This document shows, piece by piece, positions 58,176-64,000 of a stretch of 64,000 nt of DNA (its first letter is position 1; every line of letters starts with the position of its first letter). The translations under genes were made by a program, and so were the position numbers. The notes under the pieces were generated by a model. It searched no databases. It was not told where the DNA came from and saw only the letters and a list, made by a program, of their open reading frames with translations. The DNA comes from an uncultured bacterium. GTDB taxonomy: Bacteria; Spirochaetota; Spirochaetia; Treponematales; Rectinemataceae. The stretch covers positions 135,916 through 199,915 of the forward strand of contig CAWBCC010000011.1 of assembly GCA_963787185.1 (NCBI GenBank). The letters run 5' to 3'.

Positions 58176-59215
58176 TCACTTCACGTACTGCGTCTCGAAG
58201 AGCTTGCGCAGGCCGGGGTTCTCGCGCAGCTCCCAGAGAGTGATCTCCGCGTGATCCCTGGTGTAGCCGTTGCCGATGATCATGGTCACGTCCTTGCCGA
58301 TGCCTTCGGCCCCGAGAGCGGCGCGCGTGAAACTCGTGGCCATCGAGAAGAAGTAGACCATGCCCTCGTCCTTCACGGGAAGAATCGAGGCCATCTCCGA
58401 GCCCTGGATGTTGACGCAGTTGATGCAGAGGTCGACCTCCATCCCGCCGTTGACCGCGAGCACGGCGTCGAGAACCTCGGTGGGCCTGGTGGCGTCGGCG
58501 GTGACGATCTCGTGGGCGAGCTTGAGCCGGGAAAGGGTCTCGCGCGAACGTTCGGAGTGGATGACGGCGATGACGCGGCCGGTGGGGCCTACGCGCTTCA
58601 TGGCCTCGTAGCAGCATAGAATGCCGGACTTGCCGCCCGCTCCGAGAACGAGGACCGACATGCCCGGCTTCACGAGCTTGGCCGTCTGGGCGGGGGCCCC
58701 CGCGACGTCGAGGGCGGCGAGGGCGAGGCCCTCGTCCATGTCGGAGGGAAGTTTGGCGTAAATGCCGGACTCGAAGAGGATGGCCTGGGCCTCCACCTCG
58801 AGTCGGTCGATTTCGGAGTGAACCTTGAGTATCCTGCCGATCTTGAGGGGGGTGAGCAGAGAGATACGAGGCTCGCGATCCTGTCGCCGACCTCGAGGTC
58901 GCGGCCGGCGAGGGCCGAGCCGATCTTGGCCACGGTGCCGATGAGCATGCCGCCCGAGCCGGTGACGGGGTTCTGCTGCTTACCGCGGGCGGCGACGATG
59001 CCCGCGATGATGGACTTGATCTTTTCCACGTCGCCCGCAGCCTCTTCTTCGATCTGAGTGAAGGAAGCGGAGTCTATGTTGAGCGCGGTGACGTCGAGGA
59101 GGATCTCGTTGTCGTAGACGATCGACATGTCGTTGTTGAGCTTCTGCGCCGTCTGCGGCATTGCGCCCGCCGGCTCGACGACTCGGTGCGTACCATACTT
59201 GTTGCCCATCGGCAT
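58176..59215 (-). CDS. kdd: L-erythro-3,5-diaminohexanoate dehydrogenase, interrupted by an apparent 1-nt frameshift (possible pseudogene or sequencing error)
   Basis: The N-terminal frame (MPMGNKYGTHRVVEPAGAMPQTAQKLNNDMSIVYDNEILLDVTALNIDSASFTQ...GDRIASLVSL) turns Ser/Pro/Arg-rich after codons over 58847-58870. The second frame reads ...LTPLKIGRILKVHSEIDRLEVEAQAILFESG...GAGGKSGILC... to the stop at 58176. The joint is at the G6 (coding-strand C6) run 58847-58852, and one extra C restores a roughly 346-aa protein. Confidence 0.75.
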
Positions 59216-59301
59216 GGCGATCCTCCTTCGAGCTCGTGCTGCGCTGCTGCGGCGAGTTGCGCGGACTTCGAGGCCCGCCTCTGCGCTGTACTGATTGTAC
59301 T

Positions 59302-59330
59302 CTTATACCCCGCAAAACGAGAGCCGTCAA
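59302..59330 (-). promoter_or_regulatory. candidate sigma70-type promoter of the lysine-fermentation operon
   Basis: The minus strand reads TTGACG (59330-59325), 17-nt spacer, TATAAG (59307-59302). It lies about 85 nt upstream of the kdd ATG, whose SD is GAAGGAGGA. Confidence 0.4.
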
Positions 59331-59341
59331 GGTACAATAAT

Positions 59342-59355
59342 TCGATATATATCGA
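59342..59355. promoter_or_regulatory. perfect 14-bp palindrome TCGATATATATCGA just upstream of the -35 box
   Basis: TCGATATATATCGA lies at 59342-59355, 11 nt beyond the -35 hexamer of the candidate kdd promoter, in the divergent intergenic region. Confidence 0.3.
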
Positions 59356-59480
59356 TACAGTCGTAGTTTAGGAATAGAGTACAGTTTCTGAAATCTGTCT
59401 CGCTGTTATGGGGCACCGAAGACTACACCGCCGTCTTTCTCCATAGTATACTCAGTCATCTTTGCGAGAGAGGAGTTCAT

Positions 59481-59708
59481 ATGCCCGGCCCCAAGAAGAC
59501 CGATCCCAAGGCGCCCAAGTTCCTGGAGTTCACCATCACCGACCCGGAGGGAAGACTCTGGGGCAAACTCATCGCCCAGGAAAAGCAATTCTCATCCGGC
59601 TCCATCGGCTTCTATTGCAATGGAAAAGTCGAGAATCCCGAGAGCCACGAACGTTACCAGGCGGGTCTGAATCTCACGTTGATCGGCAGCAAGCCCGACC
59701 AGAGCTGA
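59481..59708 (+). CDS. hypothetical small protein (75 aa)
   Basis: ATG is preceded by GAGAGGAG at good spacing. A candidate -10 TATACT lies at 59447-59452. The protein is MPGPKKTDPKAPKFLEFTITDPEGRLWGKLIAQEKQFSSGSIGFYCNGKV.... I recognised no family. Confidence 0.55.
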   Translation: MPGPKKTDPKAPKFLEFTITDPEGRLWGKLIAQEKQFSSGSIGFYCNGKVENPESHERYQAGLNLTLIGSKPDQS

Positions 59709-59787
59709 AGAGGAGCCGCCGCGTTATTGACCATTTCCCGATTCGCCCTTATAGTTTCGGCTATTATTTTGTCAGGAGGCTATGACG

Positions 59788-60243
59788 ATGGCGGATTCTA
59801 TGGCCGATAAGCTGAGAGCGCTCGACAAACAGAGAGCCGAAATACTGGATACGTTCATAAAAGAGCGGCAGGGACTCATCAAGCAGAAGAAAGCGGAATT
59901 GGCCAAACTCGAAGACGAACTGCATGCGGTTCTTTCTCCCGAGTCCGCGGGGAGAAGAAAAAATACTCCCGGGACCGCAAAGAAAGCCGCGAAAGCGAAG
60001 AGCGCATCGAAAGCGTCGAAGCTGCCTCCCGAGTTCACCGCCAAAGAGTTGGCCGGAATCGTCGAGGGCCTGAAGGAAGGCATCAAGGAAGCCGCCGAAC
60101 TGAAGCCCTTCCTGATGAAGGGCCGTAGGATCCCCCTGATCAGCAAGGCGCTCGAGGCCTATAAGACCTTGGGCCCCAAGGATCGAACGGCGGAAGGGCT
60201 CGAAGCCGCGCTGAAGGGCCTGAAGGCGAAGAAGCCGGAATAG
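59788..60243 (+). CDS. hypothetical Lys/Ala-rich coiled-coil protein (about 151 aa), possibly nucleoid-associated
   Basis: The ORF opens at ATG 59782, but the second ATG at 59788 has better spacing to AGGAGG (59774-59779). It has an N-terminal heptad-like helix (DKLRALDKQRAEILDTFIKERQGLIKQKKAELAKLEDEL) and a basic tract GRRKNTPGTAKKAAKAKSASKASK. A strong terminator follows. Confidence 0.6.
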   Translation: MADSMADKLRALDKQRAEILDTFIKERQGLIKQKKAELAKLEDELHAVLSPESAGRRKNTPGTAKKAAKAKSASKASKLPPEFTAKELAGIVEGLKEGIKEAAELKPFLMKGRRIPLISKALEAYKTLGPKDRTAEGLEAALKGLKAKKPE

Positions 60244-60264
60244 CCGTCCCGAAGCGGCGACGAT

Positions 60265-60295
60265 GCCCCGCCCGCGAAGACGAGCGGGGCTTTTT
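60265..60295 (+). terminator. rho-independent terminator
   Basis: GCCCCGC (60265-60271) pairs with GCGGGGC (60284-60290), and the stem is followed by TTTTT (60291-60295). It lies 21 nt after the stop at 60243. Confidence 0.8.
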
Positions 60296-60396
60296 ACTGA
60301 CCCGGCAATTGAAAAGCTGTCATCGCATCGAAAAAGGGCTTAGCCCTGCGGTCCTTTTTCGATGCTCACGTCAACTGTTTTATTGCCGGGTCAGTA
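60295..60396. repeat. 102-nt long imperfect palindrome (two-tier hairpin)
   Basis: The outer arms TACTGACCCGGCAAT (60295-60309) and ATTGCCGGGTCAGTA (60382-60396) form a perfect 15 bp. The inner arms GCATCGAAAAAGG (60325-60337) and CCTTTTTCGATGC (60353-60365) form a perfect 13 bp. The loop is 15 nt, with a 15/16-nt internal mismatch region. Confidence 0.85.
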
Positions 60397-60558
60397 ATCC
60401 CCTGTCGCCTATACCCCTATAGGTAATCGAAATGTTGTGGTCCATCGCAATCTCGAAAAGGGCTTTCGGGCGGGCGGGCCATACGGCCTCGCGCCCGCGC
60501 GGTAGCTTTCCGCGTTGACAGAGACCGCCCCTCCGACTAAGGTGGCCGCGGAGGCGCC

Positions 60559-61467
60559 GTGAAGCGATTCGATGCCCTGATCCTCGCGAACAGATCCTTG
60601 GCCGAGAGCTGGCGCGAGCTCGTGGTGGAATGGGATCCTTCGGCGGGGTCTCCGGCGCCGGGGCAATTTTTCACCTTTCGCGCTTCGAGCTCGACCGATC
60701 CCCTGCTTCGCCGACCCCTGGCCTTCTCCGCATCGGAGCGGAACGCTTCTCGAGTCTCGGCGATCTACCAGGTGCGCGGACGGTCCACGCGGCTCCTGTC
60801 GGAGCTGGCGGCCGGCTCCCGCCTGGACATTCTCGGCCCTCTCGGGCGCCCCTTCCCCGCGCCCGAGGGGACCGAGAGGCCCATCCTGGCCGCCGGCGGC
60901 ATAGGCCTCGGTCCCATCCTTTTTCTCGCCGGGGAACTCTCCGCGCGAGGGGCGCCCGTTTCGGAGCCCGCGCGGAGTGTACCCGCATCGGAGCCCGCGC
61001 GGAGTGTACCCGCATCGGAGCCCGTGGGCAGGGCACCCGCGTCGGATTACGAGCGGAAGACGCCGAACCGGGAGCCCATCGTCCTGCTCGGCTTCCGCGG
61101 CGCGGCCGCCATTCCCGACCTGGAACTGCCTCCCGGCGCCTTCCTCTGTACCGACGACGGTTCCCTCGGATTCCGCGGCACAGCCACCGACTGGCTGGAA
61201 CGCCGCGCGCCCGCGGGCGCCGCGCACGTCTACGCCTGCGGTCCGGCCGCCATGCTCGCCTCCCTCGCGGCCCTCGCACGCGGGCGGTTCTGGAAGGCCA
61301 GCCTGTCGGCGGAACAGTGGATGGCCTGCGGCGTCGGCGCCTGCATGGGCTGCGCCCTTCCGCGCGCCGACGGCCGAGGCTACCTGAGGGCCTGCGCCGA
61401 CGGGCCCGTATTCGACAGCCCCGCCCCGGACGGCGCGGAAATAGACTGGGCCGCCGCCGCCCGATGA
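60559..61467 (+). CDS. pyrK: dihydroorotate dehydrogenase electron-transfer subunit, with a repeat-containing insertion
   Basis: 302 aa with a GTG start and FNR-like fold (QFFTFRA...LLRRPLAFS). The nucleotide-binding motif is AAGGIGLGPILFLAGEL. The C-terminal 2Fe-2S cysteines read C-x-...CGVGACMGC...C. It lies directly upstream of pyrD. Confidence 0.85.
   Translation: MKRFDALILANRSLAESWRELVVEWDPSAGSPAPGQFFTFRASSSTDPLLRRPLAFSASERNASRVSAIYQVRGRSTRLLSELAAGSRLDILGPLGRPFPAPEGTERPILAAGGIGLGPILFLAGELSARGAPVSEPARSVPASEPARSVPASEPVGRAPASDYERKTPNREPIVLLGFRGAAAIPDLELPPGAFLCTDDGSLGFRGTATDWLERRAPAGAAHVYACGPAAMLASLAALARGRFWKASLSAEQWMACGVGACMGCALPRADGRGYLRACADGPVFDSPAPDGAEIDWAAAAR
60961..61041 (+). repeat. 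27-bp tandem repeat x 3 (third copy diverged) inside pyrK, encoding SEPARSVPA-SEPARSVPA-SEPVGRAPA
   Basis: TCGGAGCCCGCGCGGAGTGTACCCGCA occurs at 60961 and 60988. The diverged copy TCGGAGCCCGTGGGCAGGGCACCCGCG lies at 61015. Confidence 0.9.
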
Positions 61468-61499
61468 GGCGGGCCGCAGCGGCAGGGAGTGTGACGCCG

Positions 61500-62432
61500 A
61501 TGAAACCCGACCTTCGCACGAGACTCGGCCCCCTCGAGCTGCCCAACCCCGTGGGAGTCGCATCGGGGACCTTCGGCTACGGAGCCGAATACGAGACCCT
61601 TGTCGACATCGACGGCCTCGGCGCCCTCTACACCAAGGCCGTGACTCCCGAACCGCGTCCGGGCAACGAGGTGCCGCGCATCGTGGAGACGCCTTCGGGC
61701 ATGCTCAATTCCATAGGGCTCGCCAACCCCGGCCTCGAGGCCTTCGTGACCCAAAAGCTGCCCGCGCTCCGCGCCTACCGCTGTCCCGTGATCGTCAACG
61801 TGGCCGGCTTTTCCGAGGACGACTATCTCCGCGTCGTCGAGCGCATCGAGACGGAGGGGGGCGTGTCGGGCTACGAGATCAACGTTTCCTGCCCCAACGT
61901 CGAACACGGCGGACTCTCGTTCGGAACCGATCCGGCCCAGGTGGAGCGGCTCACCTCCGCGCTGCGGGCCGCCACGAAGCGCTGCCTCATCGTCAAGCTG
62001 ACGCCCAACGTGACGGACATCGCGGCCATCGCCAAGGCGGCCGAGGCGGGCGGGGCCGACGCCATCTCCTGCATCAACACCCTCGTGGGCATGGCCGTCG
62101 ACGTCAAAAGGCGCCGTCCCCGCCTGGCCGCAGGCACGGGCGGCCTCTCGGGACCGGCGATCAGGCCCGTAGGCGTCGCCTCCGTCTATCGCGTTTCGCG
62201 CGCAGTCTCCATTCCCGTGATCGGCCTCGGCGGCATCATGAGCGCCAACGACGCGCTGGAGTACCTTCTCGCGGGGGCCCGGGCGGTGCAGATCGGCACG
62301 GGCACCTTCGTCGATCCGGGCTGTGCCGCCAAGGTGCTCGAGGGCATACGCTCCTGGATGGAGGCCGAAGGCGTCCATCGCGTCGAGGACATCGCCGGCC
62401 TCATGGACGGAGACGCGGGAATCACTCCCTGA
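61500..62432 (+). CDS. pyrD: dihydroorotate dehydrogenase, class 1B catalytic subunit
   Basis: MKPDLRTRLGPLELPNPVGVASGTFGYGAEY...GALYTKAVTPEPRPGNEVPRIVETPSGMLNSIGLANPG and ...NVSCPNV... are present. An alternative upstream ATG at 61464 overlaps the pyrK stop (ATGA). Confidence 0.9.
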   Translation: MKPDLRTRLGPLELPNPVGVASGTFGYGAEYETLVDIDGLGALYTKAVTPEPRPGNEVPRIVETPSGMLNSIGLANPGLEAFVTQKLPALRAYRCPVIVNVAGFSEDDYLRVVERIETEGGVSGYEINVSCPNVEHGGLSFGTDPAQVERLTSALRAATKRCLIVKLTPNVTDIAAIAKAAEAGGADAISCINTLVGMAVDVKRRRPRLAAGTGGLSGPAIRPVGVASVYRVSRAVSIPVIGLGGIMSANDALEYLLAGARAVQIGTGTFVDPGCAAKVLEGIRSWMEAEGVHRVEDIAGLMDGDAGITP

Positions 62433-64000
62433 AGAGCAGGGGACAGGATCCGAGGAGGGCGAAGAAGCGCCTCCTGAAAGCCGCCGAGAAAACGCGGTCT
62501 CGGGTCGCGCCGACCTTCTTCGCGATCCGCTTCGCCAGCAGCCGTCGGTTTTCGAGATACCTGACCAAGTGGGGGACCGATGCGCCGCCCGCGGTGCCGT
62601 TCAGGCCGGTGTCGATGCGCTCCTTCATGTGGGCGGCGGCGGCGCGAACGGCGCCCAGGGTATCGTTGAGCTCGCCCAGGACGTTCTGGAGCGATCTGAT
62701 ATCCGCGATGCACCGTCCGGCTTCGGGCCCCAGCAGCGCTTCGAAGAACTCGAGCGCGTACCGCAGTCGTTTGGCCGACCGGCGGGCGCGGTGGTAGGCC
62801 GATTCGTCGATCGCCGGGGATCGGAGGAAGGGTTCGTAGGCCAGCAAGTCCGCGAGCATGGCCGAAAGCACGACCGGCGCGTCGAGCCCCGCGGGTCGGA
62901 CGGGGCCGCCCTGCGCCTTCCGTAGGAGATCCCGAACGAGGACGCGCAGATGGGCGTAGGTCCGGCCCATCTCCTGGGATTCGGCGAGCTTCCTGATCCC
63001 CGCCAGCGCCGATTCTCTCTTCGCCTCGAGTTCGCCGATGAAGGCGGCCAGACCTTCCGACGCGCCGCCGGGCAGGCGGAGGACATAGGTCCTCACGTCG
63101 GCCAGGAGCACGTCGCAGTCGCGGAGCTCCCCGAGCCTCCGGCAGAGCCGCCCGAGCCCTTTGTCGACCTTGCGCGCCAGCTTGGCGTCCAGCTGCCCGC
63201 CGAAGGCGGCCAGGCAGGTCCTGATCCGACGAACGGCTATTCTCGCATCGTGGATGCTTTCGGGGTCCTTCCCCTCGCCCGCCTCGACGAGCTCGGGTTT
63301 CAGAGCCTTGAGGTTCTTCCGTATCGCATCCGCTGCAAAGACTTCTATGGGATCACCCGCGTCCGATTCCCGCTCGCCCCCGTTCTTCCCCTCGGCCGAC
63401 TCGTCCTTCGCCTCGGAGTTTCGGAGTCTGTCCACCGATTCGAGAGCGCGCTCGAACTTGGACCGCGACTCCATCTCGAGACCCAATTCATCGACCAGGG
63501 TCCGAGACAGGAGTCCGATCTCCTCTTCGGATCCCCCCTCCGCGCGCTCGATTTCCGCCTCCCACGCGATTTCGCCGCCCGGATACGCAACCTCGTCTAT
63601 CGAAAGCTCCGCGACCACGCTGCCGTTTCGGAGGAGGGGGCGCAGTAGTCGATGCTGAACCACGGCGGCGAGGGGCAGAAGCTCCTCGCCCCCCGTCAGC
63701 TCACGGATCTTCGAGGCCAGGGGGCCCGGCGGAAGCACGGGCGGAACGGCTCCGGCCTCGACTTCGCTCTCCATCTCCGTGCGTCTCTTGACCGCGGCCG
63801 TGCTCGGAGCCAGGGACTTCAGCGAAGCGATGTATCTTCCTTCGGCGCCTCTCCAGCGGAAGGACCAGCCCGCCGCCAGGAGGGCCCGGCTCCGGGAGTC
63901 GTAATATGCGTCCCGGACGTCTTGGCTGCGAGCCTCGCCGAAGGCACAGCCGGCGAGCTCCACGCGCTCCAGAAGCGACCGGCCGGCTTCCGCTCCGTCG
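62422..64000 (-). CDS. CYTH domain / CHAD domain protein (N-terminus beyond the right edge)
   Basis: The 513-aa track ORF begins at an internal GTG. My translation upstream of it (…DGAEAGRSLLERVELAGCAFGE…) has no stop up to position 64000. The N-terminal part is CYTH-like (DAYYDSRSRALLAAGWSFRWR...EMESEVE). The C-terminal part is CHAD-like helical repeats (HDARIAVRRIRTCL, HRARRSAKRLRYALEFF). It overlaps the pyrD end by 11 nt. Confidence 0.75.
   Translation of the reverse strand, partial: DGAEAGRSLLERVELAGCAFGEARSQDVRDAYYDSRSRALLAAGWSFRWRGAEGRYIASLKSLAPSTAAVKRRTEMESEVEAGAVPPVLPPGPLASKIRELTGGEELLPLAAVVQHRLLRPLLRNGSVVAELSIDEVAYPGGEIAWEAEIERAEGGSEEEIGLLSRTLVDELGLEMESRSKFERALESVDRLRNSEAKDESAEGKNGGERESDAGDPIEVFAADAIRKNLKALKPELVEAGEGKDPESIHDARIAVRRIRTCLAAFGGQLDAKLARKVDKGLGRLCRRLGELRDCDVLLADVRTYVLRLPGGASEGLAAFIGELEAKRESALAGIRKLAESQEMGRTYAHLRVLVRDLLRKAQGGPVRPAGLDAPVVLSAMLADLLAYEPFLRSPAIDESAYHRARRSAKRLRYALEFFEALLGPEAGRCIADIRSLQNVLGELNDTLGAVRAAAAHMKERIDTGLNGTAGGASVPHLVRYLENRRLLAKRIAKKVGATRDRVFSAAFRRRFFALLGSCPLLFRE

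Noticed and set aside
57045-58619. Plus-strand ORFs 57045..58619, 57637..58254 and 57809..58021, and the small minus-strand ORF 57776..57994, crossing the D repeats
   Set aside because: They exist only because the CT-rich/GA-rich repeat arms lack stop codons. The same peptide strings (LRASVA, PPCLCG, SVPLW) recur wherever the DNA repeat occurs, in different frames. There is no SD or start context.
59216-59302. Lysine riboswitch (L-box) or cobalamin riboswitch in the kdd leader or in the intergenic repeats
   Set aside because: The roughly 85-nt leader is too short and lacks the conserved L-box helices as I remember them. I could not find a B12-box-like core in the repeats. This was by-eye inspection only, and an Infernal scan would be decisive.

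Overview
High-G+C, densely coding bacterial chromosomal window. I recognised no rRNA, tRNA, CRISPR array, transposase or integrase. Gene content left to right is as follows. A phoH-like gene is cut by the left edge. It is followed by a 1207-aa LptD/OstA-like outer-membrane protein, uvrA and a short-form alaS. Three c-di-GMP enzymes are present (GAF-HD-GYP, REC-PAS-GGDEF-EAL, and beta-propeller/Y_Y_Y-GGDEF). There is a TetR-lipA-split-lplA operon. A roughly 1300-aa alpha-amylase-family gene is broken by a 1-nt frameshift at a G6 run. Next come an AddB/AddA-type nuclease-helicase pair, pepT, and a translationally coupled trpE-trpGD-trpC-trpF-trpB-trpA operon. A roughly 14-kb minus-strand lysine-fermentation operon then runs kdd, class-III aminotransferase, kce, kamA, two reactivase-like genes, kamD, kamE, CoA-transferase A/B and thiolase. 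The window ends with two small lower-G+C genes, pyrK-pyrD, and a CYTH-CHAD gene cut by the right edge. Four things stand out. (1) A family of about 134-bp elements has a purine-rich left arm, a pyrimidine-rich right arm and imperfect terminal inverted repeats; with a conserved linker the period is about 170 bp. These elements fill five intergenic gaps of the lysine operon. One copy is split around a small GxxExxY (PD-(D/E)XK-like) gene, which resembles a REP/RAYT-type autonomous/non-autonomous pairing. (2) A 129-bp x 6.3 tandem array re-duplicates the last 13 codons plus stop of the thiolase gene together with its structured 3' flank. It lies next to an AT-rich islet carrying an orphan 140-aa gene. 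(3) Two independent 1-nt frameshifts occur at G6/C6 runs, in kdd and in the amylase-family gene. (4) Several in-frame minisatellites sit inside housekeeping genes. Many long ORFs in the supplied track are antisense shadows of real genes, as expected at this G+C, and were not called.
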